Assembly (NCBI GenBank): GCA_028748925.1
Contig: JAQTPE010000002.1
Span: 1-51,591 of the forward strand
Reading direction: 5' to 3'
DNA from: Candidatus Omnitrophota bacterium
Lineage (GTDB): Bacteria > Omnitrophota > Gorgyraeia > 2-01-FULL-45-10
DNA length: 51,591 nt
Shown: positions 35,090 through 47,139 of the stretch, one piece after another
How positions within the stretch are numbered: the first letter of the stretch is position 1
How the letters are laid out: each line of letters starts with the position of its first letter
The notes under the pieces: generated by a model
What the model saw: the letters and a program-made list of their open reading frames with translations, nothing else
The model's database searches: none
Told to the model about the DNA's origin: nothing
Position numbers and translations under genes: made by a program

Positions 35090-35254
35090 GGGGGGATCTC
35101 TTTAATAGCTGTGGATAAGTTCTTTTATTATACAATGAATTAAAATCCCATAACACATTAACAGCGAGTGTGTTAATGATTTATACACACTATCAACAAC
35201 ACTATTACGACTGCTTCTAAATTTAATTAATAGAGTAAAAGAAGGGAAAAGATA
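35090..35254. other. Candidate oriC core (dnaA-dnaN spacer with DnaA boxes and AT-rich tract)
   Basis: A perfect TTATCCACA (complement of 35110..35118) and TTATACACA (35181..35189) both fit TTWTNCACA. An AT-rich run lies at 35121..35150, and an 8-bp inverted repeat CATTAACA/TGTTAATG at 35156..35178. Coding strand polarity switches at 33.5 kb. Confidence 0.55.
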
Positions 35255-36346
35255 ATGAAGTTTGAGACGACGAAAGAAGTGCTTATAAAAGGCATACAGG
35301 AAGTTCAAAGCGCGATAAACCCAAAAACAACATTACCGATACTTTCAAACATATTAATAGAAGTTGGGCAGAATAATTTATCGCTGACAGCTACGGATCT
35401 TGATATAGGCATAGTTTCGACGATATCGGTAAAGACCGGATCTGAGGGGGTTATTACAGTGCCGGCCAAAAAATTCTTCGATATAATCAAAGAACTGCCG
35501 GATGGCGAAGTGTCGATATCCGTAAAGAAGAATAATCTTGTATGGATAGAGTGCACAAGCTGTGTCTTTAAGATAATGGGATTACCAAAAGATGAGTTCC
35601 CGCAACTGCCAGACTTTAAGGACAAGGATTCTATAACAATGCAGCGCGCCAGATTAAAAAAAATGCTTTCGATGACAAGCTTTGCCATAAGCCGTGATGA
35701 GACGAGATATGTTTTAAATGGGGTATTTTTTGTGATAAGACCTACATATATAAGGATAGTCGCTACTGACGGCAGACGGCTGGCGATGGTGGAAGAGAAG
35801 AATCAATCACCAAAGACACATGAAAAGAAAGTTATAATACCGGCGAAGACAATAACAGAGCTCTTAAAATTACTCGGCGATGAGGGTGAGGTGAAGATAT
35901 GTTTCGGAAACAACCAGGTGCTCTTCGATATGGGCAACACGAAAGTCGTGTCGCGCCTGATAGAAGGGGAATTTCCCAACTATGAGCAGGTTATACCCAA
36001 AGAGGCCAAGGACAAGATATCGATCGCCAGAGCGAAATTCCTTGCGGCGACAAAAAGGGCGTCTCTCTTCACCAATCCGGACTCTTTGGCGGTAAAGGTG
36101 GAGCTGGCAAAAGATAAGATGGTGCTCTCAAAGAACGCCCCTTATATAGGAGAGGCGCGCGAGGAGATAGGGGTTGACTATAAAGGTAAAGACCTGGCGA
36201 TCGGGTTCAATCCGGATTATCTTATAGACGTATTGAAGAATATTAATGATGAGATGGTCCCTTTTGAAGTTGTGGATGCCGAGAAGCCCGGCGTTATAAG
36301 GATAGGCAGCGAGTATGTGTATGTTGTTTTGCCTATGCAGATATAA
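35255..36346 (+). CDS. dnaN: DNA polymerase III subunit beta (sliding clamp)
   Basis: MKFETTKEVLIKGIQEVQSAINPKTTLPILSNILIE...LSLTATDLDIG... Three-domain length (363 aa), position after dnaA. Confidence 0.95.
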   Translation: MKFETTKEVLIKGIQEVQSAINPKTTLPILSNILIEVGQNNLSLTATDLDIGIVSTISVKTGSEGVITVPAKKFFDIIKELPDGEVSISVKKNNLVWIECTSCVFKIMGLPKDEFPQLPDFKDKDSITMQRARLKKMLSMTSFAISRDETRYVLNGVFFVIRPTYIRIVATDGRRLAMVEEKNQSPKTHEKKVIIPAKTITELLKLLGDEGEVKICFGNNQVLFDMGNTKVVSRLIEGEFPNYEQVIPKEAKDKISIARAKFLAATKRASLFTNPDSLAVKVELAKDKMVLSKNAPYIGEAREEIGVDYKGKDLAIGFNPDYLIDVLKNINDEMVPFEVVDAEKPGVIRIGSEYVYVVLPMQI

Positions 36347-36395
36347 TGTTTCCCGCAGGCGCTTTTTCGGGCATGGTATGAGGCCGTAAAATTAT

Positions 36396-36701
36396 ATGGC
36401 GGACGAAGCCAAGGGGCCGTTAGAGGGGTTGGTAAAGAGCATAATAAGCGGTTTCGCCGGCAAGGAGAAACTCTCGGAGGAGGAGATCCGTTCGGCGTGG
36501 GGTCTTGTGGTGGGGGATAGGGCGGCGAAACATTCCAGGCCGCGGTCTTTTGCGGGGTCGAGGCTCATAGTCCACGTCGATGATTCGGGCTGGTTATATG
36601 AGCTTACGACGCGGAAAAAATCTATATTGAACAGTTTATCGTCGAAATTAAAAGGTAAAAAGTTAAAGGACATAACATTCAGGATGGGTGACTTAAAATG
36701 A
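36396..36701 (+). CDS. DUF721 (DciA-like) protein
   Basis: IRSAWGLVVGDRAAKHSRPRSFAGSRLIVHVDDSGWLYELTTRKKSILNSL matches the W..VVG..IA.H..P..F..G.L.V.V.SS.W..EL pattern of DUF721. It occupies the slot usually shared with recF. Confidence 0.6.
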   Translation: MADEAKGPLEGLVKSIISGFAGKEKLSEEEIRSAWGLVVGDRAAKHSRPRSFAGSRLIVHVDDSGWLYELTTRKKSILNSLSSKLKGKKLKDITFRMGDLK

Positions 36702-36703
36702 GT

Positions 36704-40529
<3,826 letters not shown>

Positions 40530-40546
40530 TTTAAAAGAGGAGAGAC

Positions 40547-43162
40547 ATGTACGCACGTAATGAAAAAGTGACCCCTGTATATATAGAAGAGGAGATGCAG
40601 GACTCCTACATAAATTATGCGATGAGCGTTATCGTGGGCAGGGCGCTTCCCGATGTCCGCGACGGCCTCAAACCTGTGCATCGCCGTATTCTCTACGCGA
40701 TGAAGGAACTCGGTGTAGAGCATAATAAGCCGTATAAAAAATCCGCCAGGATAGTGGGCGACTGCATGGGTAAATACCATCCGCACGGGGATGCCGCAAT
40801 CTATGATACCCTCGTGAGGATGGCGCAGGACTTCTCGCTGCGCTACACTCTTGTAGAGGGCCAGGGGAATTTCGGTTCGGTCGATGGAGATGCGCCCGCG
40901 AGTATGCGTTATACCGAAGCAAGGCTCGACCACATCGCCGACTGGATGCTTATCGATATAGATAAGAATACGATCGATTTTATGCCGAATTTTGACGGAT
41001 CCCTCAAGGAGCCCACGGTGCTCCCGGCGTGTTTGCCAAATCTGCTTGTTAACGGTTCCAGCGGCATAGCCGTCGGTATGGCGACGAATATCCCTCCGCA
41101 TAACTTAAAAGAGATAGCGGAAGCCGTTACTTTTGTTATAGATAGCCCCGGCTGTGATCCGAAGGACCTTTTGACGAAAGTGAAGGGGCCGGACTTTCCC
41201 ACGGGCGGAATAATACGAGGCACTGAAGGCATAAAGAACGCCTATACTACGGGCCGCGGCCTTTTGAAAGTTCATGCCAAAGCATTTATTGAAGAGCAGA
41301 AGAACGGCAAAGAGGCCATAATCATAAAGGAGCTGCCTTATCAGGTAAATAAAGCGAATCTTATAGAATCGATAGCGGATCTTGTTACGGATAAGAAGAT
41401 AGACGGTATCACGGATCTGCGGGACGAGTCCGACAAAGACGGGATGCGCGTTGTGATCGAAGTACGCCGGGGCGCGAACTCTAAAGTTATCTTAAACCAG
41501 CTGTATAAACATACCCAGATGCAGACAACTTTCGGCGTGATAATGCTGGCGCTCGTCGAAGGCAGGCCAAGGGTCCTGAACCTGAAAGAAGTCCTGGAAG
41601 AGTTTATCCGTCACAGAAAAGAGATCGTTATGCGCAGGACAAAATATGATCTCGAGAAGGCCCAGGACCGCGCGCATATACTCGAAGGATTAAAGATAGC
41701 GCTGAAAGAGCTCGACAAGGTTATCAAAATAATCAGGGCCGCTAAAGATCCGCAGGAAGCGAAAGCGGGCTTGATGGAGAAGATCGGTCTCTCCGACAGG
41801 CAGGCCCAGGCGATACTTGAGATGCAGCTGCAGCGCCTTACGCACCTGGAGCGCGATAAGATAGACAAAGAGTACCTGGAACTAATAAAGAAGATAGAGT
41901 TGTTTAAATCCATCTTGGAGAGCGAAAAAAAGGTCCTCGATATAATCAAGGAAGAGATGAGGGATCTCAGTGAAAAGTTCGGGGACGCGCGCAGGACGGA
42001 AGTTCTGCCCGAAACCGAAGAACTTGATATAGAGGATCTTATAGCCGAAGAAGATGTTGTGATAACTATAAGTCATGCCGGCTATCTGAAACGTCTGCCG
42101 GTATCGAGCTACAGGAAACAACGGCGCGGGGGCAAAGGTGTCACCGCAGCCGATATAAGAGAAGAGGATTTTATAGAGCACCTCTTTATCGCCTCGACGC
42201 ATGACTATATGCTATTTTTCACCGACAAAGGTATAGTGCACTGGCTTAAGGTGCATGAGATACCGGAGGGGAGCCGTACATCGAAGGGCAGGTCGATCAT
42301 AAATCTCCTGACGCTTGGTACCGGAGAGAAGATCAGCGCGTTTGTTCCCGTGAGGCACTTTAAAGAGGGCGAATTCTTAGTCATGGCGACGAAGAACGGC
42401 ACCATAAAGAAGACGGCCCTTACGGCTTATTCAAACCCGAGAAAAGGCGGGATAATAGGCATCACCCTGGAAAAGGACGATGAACTTATCAAAGTCCAGC
42501 GCGCCGATGGTAACGCGGAGCTTCTTTTAGCGACACGCGAAGGTAAGGCCATACGCTTCAAAGAATCTCAAGTCCGGGATATGGGCAGGGGCGCTAAAGG
42601 AGTGCGCGGCATAAAACTTGGCAAGAAGGATTCTCTCATAGCCATGGAGATCGCCAAACAGGACCAGACAATATTGACGGTAACCCAGGAAGGGTTCGGG
42701 AAGCGTACGCCGGTCAAAGAATATCGGTTGCAATCCCGCGGCGGCAAGGGCATAATAAACATAAAGGTCACGGGCAGGAACGGCGAAGCCGTCGGGATGA
42801 AGACGGTTTCCGATAAGGACGAATTGATGCTGATCACGGAGAAAGGCATGGTAGTCCGTTCGCCCATAAAAGATATCAGGTCCACCGGGCGTTCGACGCA
42901 GGGAGTCAGGCTAATGAAGCTTGACAAGGGTGATAAGATAGCATCTGTGGCAAAGATCATTCCTGAGGATGAGGCTGCGGAAGAAGAGAAGATCGAAGAA
43001 GCGGAATCTTTGGTCAAGAAAGATACGCCGGCAGTAAAAAAGGAAGAGACGATAAAACCAAAAGAAGAAGCTAAGGTACCGTCTCCGGTCAAAGAAGAAA
43101 AGACGAAAGAAAAACCCGAGAAGAAGGCTGTAAAGAAGAGAGCAACAAAGAGAAAGAAGTAG
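40547..43162 (+). CDS. gyrA: DNA gyrase subunit A (with Lys/Glu-rich C-terminal tail)
   Basis: [27 protein letters not shown], active-site region [10 protein letters not shown], and beta-pinwheel CTD repeats. The last ~65 aa are low-complexity K/E/P-rich. Confidence 0.97.
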   Translation: MYARNEKVTPVYIEEEMQDSYINYAMSVIVGRALPDVRDGLKPVHRRILYAMKELGVEHNKPYKKSARIVGDCMGKYHPHGDAAIYDTLVRMAQDFSLRYTLVEGQGNFGSVDGDAPASMRYTEARLDHIADWMLIDIDKNTIDFMPNFDGSLKEPTVLPACLPNLLVNGSSGIAVGMATNIPPHNLKEIAEAVTFVIDSPGCDPKDLLTKVKGPDFPTGGIIRGTEGIKNAYTTGRGLLKVHAKAFIEEQKNGKEAIIIKELPYQVNKANLIESIADLVTDKKIDGITDLRDESDKDGMRVVIEVRRGANSKVILNQLYKHTQMQTTFGVIMLALVEGRPRVLNLKEVLEEFIRHRKEIVMRRTKYDLEKAQDRAHILEGLKIALKELDKVIKIIRAAKDPQEAKAGLMEKIGLSDRQAQAILEMQLQRLTHLERDKIDKEYLELIKKIELFKSILESEKKVLDIIKEEMRDLSEKFGDARRTEVLPETEELDIEDLIAEEDVVITISHAGYLKRLPVSSYRKQRRGGKGVTAADIREEDFIEHLFIASTHDYMLFFTDKGIVHWLKVHEIPEGSRTSKGRSIINLLTLGTGEKISAFVPVRHFKEGEFLVMATKNGTIKKTALTAYSNPRKGGIIGITLEKDDELIKVQRADGNAELLLATREGKAIRFKESQVRDMGRGAKGVRGIKLGKKDSLIAMEIAKQDQTILTVTQEGFGKRTPVKEYRLQSRGGKGIINIKVTGRNGEAVGMKTVSDKDELMLITEKGMVVRSPIKDIRSTGRSTQGVRLMKLDKGDKIASVAKIIPEDEAAEEEKIEEAESLVKKDTPAVKKEETIKPKEEAKVPSPVKEEKTKEKPEKKAVKKRATKRKK

Positions 43163-43178
43163 TAAAGGAAGAAACAGC

Positions 43179-43256
43179 GTCCCCATCGTCTAGCCTGGCC
43201 TAGGACATCAGATTTTCATTCTGACGACTCCGGTTCGAATCCGGATGGGGACGCCA
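43179..43256 (+). tRNA. tRNA-Glu (anticodon UUC), CCA encoded
   Basis: GUCCCCA-UC-GUCUAGCCUGGCCUAGGAC-A-UCAGA-UUUUCAU-UCUGA-CGAC-UCCGGUUCGAAUCCGGA-UGGGGAC-G-CCA. Confidence 0.95.
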
Positions 43257-43272
43257 TAACCCCGTCCCCACG

Positions 43273-44364
43273 ATGAAATTCTTTAATTTAGACCTCCATA
43301 TTTCTGTAATAGCCGATATAAAATACATTTTAGAAGAGATGGGACACTCCGTCACAAGCCGGAGCATATCAGATCACTCATGGGTCTTTGGGCGGAAATC
43401 GGATAAAGTCGATATTGTCAATCAGCGGACCTGGAGATCTATCGATACGAAGATGTGCGAAGCGTTTTATAATCGTTATAGAGAAGAGCTGAAAGAGTAC
43501 GACGCTTTTATCGTTACATACGTACCGTCTTTTTCCATGTTGTATGAGAAATTTGGTAAACCGATCATTGTAGTTAGTCCTACACGGTACGAACATCCCC
43601 TTTCCAATAGCAAAGAGAGATGGGAGATCTTTAACCGGTTTTTACAAAAAGGCATAGATGAGAAGACGATAATTCCTTTGGCCAATAACAGGTACGACGC
43701 GGCCTACGCCGAATATTTTACGCAAAGGCAATGGGCCGTGATCCCGAGCTTATGCCTGTACACAAAAGCGCAATACACCGGCAAAAGAAATAAATTTTTA
43801 TGGTGGTCCAAATTCAAACAGATACCTCATGTAAAAGACGTAGCGGATAAAGACACCGTCTTAAAGAGGCCTTTCTATCGTATTTTTGAGTCGGGCTATA
43901 GGTGGCAGGACGCCGCCGATTTTAAAGGGATCGCGCATATTCCTTATAATGCGTCGGTGATGTCGATCTTCGAGCAGTATAGCGCCAATATTCCGCTATT
44001 CTTCCCAAGTTTTGATTTTTTGAAGCGGCTTCGGGGGGAATTTTACAGGCAAGGAGTGCTGTCCGAATTGAGCTTTAATCAAGTGATGGGGTATCCGCCC
44101 TTTTCAGTCTTAGGGCCTCACGACGGCAAAGATCCCAACCGGTATGATGATAATGAAGTCATGATGGAGTGGGTGAAGCTGGCCGATTATTATGATGAGA
44201 AGACGATGCCGCATATTACTTATTTCGAATCGTTCGAAGATTTAAAAGATATTTTACACACCGCTGATTTGAGCTCAATAAGCCATCAGATGGAATCGGC
44301 TAACCGGAAAAAGAAGGAATTGGTCTTTCTTGAGTGGGAGAAGGTAATCAAAAGTTTAGCGTAA
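43273..44364 (+). CDS. Hypothetical protein (possibly glycosyltransferase-like; family not recognised)
   Basis: 363-aa ORF with no motif I can name. Its position next to a GT47-like gene and nagA/glmS suggests a role in glycan metabolism. No Shine-Dalgarno before ATG 43273. Confidence 0.3.
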   Translation: MKFFNLDLHISVIADIKYILEEMGHSVTSRSISDHSWVFGRKSDKVDIVNQRTWRSIDTKMCEAFYNRYREELKEYDAFIVTYVPSFSMLYEKFGKPIIVVSPTRYEHPLSNSKERWEIFNRFLQKGIDEKTIIPLANNRYDAAYAEYFTQRQWAVIPSLCLYTKAQYTGKRNKFLWWSKFKQIPHVKDVADKDTVLKRPFYRIFESGYRWQDAADFKGIAHIPYNASVMSIFEQYSANIPLFFPSFDFLKRLRGEFYRQGVLSELSFNQVMGYPPFSVLGPHDGKDPNRYDDNEVMMEWVKLADYYDEKTMPHITYFESFEDLKDILHTADLSSISHQMESANRKKKELVFLEWEKVIKSLA

Positions 44365-44421
44365 TGCCACCCTGTTCTACCGACAGGGGGGGAAGAGCAT
44401 AAAAAAAGAGAGTTACAACAA

Positions 44422-45969
44422 GTGGATAATCGTTATAAAGAAGAGAATGCGGGGCAAATAGAGAGAGGGTCTTTTCTGGGAGAAGACCTTTACCTTCTAT
44501 CGCGCTATAAAGGTTTTAATACTTTTCTTGAGATCGGGACATGGAACGGCAGGGGATCGACGAAATGCTTTATGGACGGATTGGTCGCCCGCAATGATAA
44601 GAGCCGCCTCATTTCGATCGAGGCCGATAGATCCTTTTTCGATTCAGCCGGGGAATTCTGGAAAGATAATATTCTCGAAAAATGCAGAGAAAAGCTCACG
44701 CTTTTATGGGGCAGGATAGTAGAGAGTGAAGAGCTTTTTACTGAAAGAGACATCAAAGAACATAACCGGAATAATCTTCTTCGTGTCGAACAGAGATGGC
44801 TCGATGCGGATAGAGAGATATACAGACATTGTCCGAATGTTATCTCCAAAATTCCCGCCGGGATCGACGTATTGCTGCTCGATGGAGGCGAATTCTCAAC
44901 GTATGCGGAATGGCGAAGACTTAAAGAGACGGGACCGAAGATCATAATACTCGACGATATCCGCTCTCTTAAGGCGCGGAAGATAGATAAATTGATGCTG
45001 GAAGACGAACGGTGGTCGCTCATAGCCGGAGATCCCAATGACCGCAACGGCTGGTCAATATATAAGAATAATACGGTTGATCTCGGGCGGGATTTCGATG
45101 TACTGCACAAAAGACTGCACAAATTCGCGTATCATGTAAAACTGCAGGAATCCTTAATCGATTATAATGAAATAATCCAGCCGGATAAGATAAAGTCTTT
45201 CTGCGATAAAAACGATATCGTATATTATAAGACGGATTTTCTTACGAAAGACGGTATCTGGCGCGGGGAGAAGATAAAAAAACTCGATTTTAGAGGTATC
45301 AGGCTCCTGGTGACGGGGCACAGTGATTACGAGATCGATAAAAGATTATTTAAACTCGCCGACAAAAACCTCGTTAAGTGGTATGCTCCCCACGTTGTTT
45401 ATAACGATGCCAGGCTGGAGACGATCACTTTAGGCATAACGGATTATTGCGACGATACGCCCCTGCATCGTATCATAGGAAATACCTCTGTGCTATGGGA
45501 GATAATGAATGAAAAAAAGAACCTGAATAACCTTGTCTATTGTAATTTTACCATTGCCAATAACGTGAAAGAGCGCCAAAAGGTCTGGGATATTTTTAAC
45601 AGCCTCGATTGGGTTACCGCCCGGATGCCCGATCATACGGTTGCGGGTCACCGTAGTTATTTAAAAAATATGCATAACCATAAATTTGCGTTATGTCCAT
45701 CCGGTAACGGAGTAACCTGTAGTTCGCACAGGCTATGGGAAGCCCTGTATCTGAAGACCATTCCCATTGTCAGGAGATGTTATAACCATTCTTTTTTTAG
45801 CGATCTGCCGGTGCTCTTAGTGGATGATTGGAGGGAGATCCTGGATAAGGAGTTCCTGGAAAAGAAGCACGAAGAGATGATGTCAAAGAGATATAATCTG
45901 GCAAAACTTATGCTCTCCTATTGGTGCATGGAATTGTCCGGTATGAAGATGATAGCAGCCCGGAGATAA
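44422..45969 (+). CDS. Fusion protein: N-terminal class I SAM-methyltransferase-like domain plus C-terminal exostosin (GT47)-like glycosyltransferase domain
   Basis: N-terminus: FLEIGTWNGRGST (motif I-like), ISIEAD, VLLLDGGEFS. C-terminus: HKFALCPSGNGVTCSSHRLWEALYLKTIPIV resembles the exostosin-family C-terminal signature (F.L.P.G....S.R..EAL..G.IPV). GTG start. Confidence 0.5.
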   Translation: MDNRYKEENAGQIERGSFLGEDLYLLSRYKGFNTFLEIGTWNGRGSTKCFMDGLVARNDKSRLISIEADRSFFDSAGEFWKDNILEKCREKLTLLWGRIVESEELFTERDIKEHNRNNLLRVEQRWLDADREIYRHCPNVISKIPAGIDVLLLDGGEFSTYAEWRRLKETGPKIIILDDIRSLKARKIDKLMLEDERWSLIAGDPNDRNGWSIYKNNTVDLGRDFDVLHKRLHKFAYHVKLQESLIDYNEIIQPDKIKSFCDKNDIVYYKTDFLTKDGIWRGEKIKKLDFRGIRLLVTGHSDYEIDKRLFKLADKNLVKWYAPHVVYNDARLETITLGITDYCDDTPLHRIIGNTSVLWEIMNEKKNLNNLVYCNFTIANNVKERQKVWDIFNSLDWVTARMPDHTVAGHRSYLKNMHNHKFALCPSGNGVTCSSHRLWEALYLKTIPIVRRCYNHSFFSDLPVLLVDDWREILDKEFLEKKHEEMMSKRYNLAKLMLSYWCMELSGMKMIAARR

Positions 45970-46026
45970 TCGTATGCTCATAGATATTCTTGGAGATAAA
46001 GCGCCCGGCGTGATATATTATAAGCC

Positions 46027-47139
46027 ATGAGTAAAATATATATTAAGAATGGCCGCGTGATCCTGAAAGATCATATTATAAACGGCGCGGCGGTTACAAT
46101 CGATAATGGCAAAATTACGGCGGTCAGCGGAAAGGTATCGCCGAAACGCGGCTCTTTCATGATAGACGCGAAAGGATCTTTTGTTTCGCCCGGATTTATA
46201 GATTGCCACATACACGGAGAATGCGAAAAGATATTTTTTAATGAAGCGAAACACGGCACTACGTCATTTGTGATCGCCGAATCCTGCGCGCCGTTGAATC
46301 GTATTTACAAAAGAGCCGAAAGCATAAAAGAGTTTATCAAGAGGCATCCTTTTGGGCCCAATGTACTTGGTCTGCGTCTTGAAGGGCCTTATATAAACAG
46401 AGAGAGGGCGGGCGCTCAGGATGCCGCTTGCATACGAAGGCCCGACGCCAAAGAGCTTTCCGGTATAATCGAACGATGCGGCCCGGTTTTAAAACTTATG
46501 ACCATAGCGCCGGAACTGGGAGGCGTCAAGCCGCTCATAGGATTACTGCGTAAACATAAGATTATCGCTTCGATAGGCCATTCGGATGCGACTTATGAGT
46601 CGGCTGTCGAAGGAATCGACGCCGGCATAAACCACGCTACCCATACTTTTAATGCCATGAGCCCCATTGACAGGCGCGATCCGGGCGTAACCGGCGCGGT
46701 CCTTATGGATGACAGGGTCGTAGTAGAAATTATCCTCGATCTCATCCATGTTCACAGGGCCCTATTCGGTCTCTTGTTAAAATTAAAGAAGAGAGGGAAG
46801 GTAATAATAGTTACGGATTCGCTTGTGTCAGAACCGCCTGAAGATACGATGATGTTAGGCGGCGCGTATCGCTTCGAGAATGGAAAACTTGCGGGCTCGT
46901 CGCTTACCATGATAGGCGCGGTAAAAAACGCCATCAAGAGCGCCAATCTTTCATTGCAGGAAGCGCTGGATACCATTACCATAAATCCCGCGAAACTTTT
47001 AGGGGTTGAAGAGAAGAAGGGCTCGATAGCCGCAGGCAAGGATGCCGATATCGTAATATTTGACAAGGAATTTGACGTGAAGATGACCATGATTCGTGGT
47101 AAAATAGCTTTTGTTAAAGGAAAGATATGTGCGGGATAG
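46027..47139 (+). CDS. nagA: N-acetylglucosamine-6-phosphate deacetylase
   Basis: VSPGFIDCHIHG, GLRLEGPYI, IASIGHSDATYE and HATHTFNAM are amidohydrolase/NagA motifs. Confidence 0.9.
   Translation: MSKIYIKNGRVILKDHIINGAAVTIDNGKITAVSGKVSPKRGSFMIDAKGSFVSPGFIDCHIHGECEKIFFNEAKHGTTSFVIAESCAPLNRIYKRAESIKEFIKRHPFGPNVLGLRLEGPYINRERAGAQDAACIRRPDAKELSGIIERCGPVLKLMTIAPELGGVKPLIGLLRKHKIIASIGHSDATYESAVEGIDAGINHATHTFNAMSPIDRRDPGVTGAVLMDDRVVVEIILDLIHVHRALFGLLLKLKKRGKVIIVTDSLVSEPPEDTMMLGGAYRFENGKLAGSSLTMIGAVKNAIKSANLSLQEALDTITINPAKLLGVEEKKGSIAAGKDADIVIFDKEFDVKMTMIRGKIAFVKGKICAG

Noticed and set aside
47100-47139. glmS ribozyme upstream of glmS.
   Set aside because: nagA overlaps the glmS start by 13 nt, so there is no untranslated leader to hold a ribozyme.
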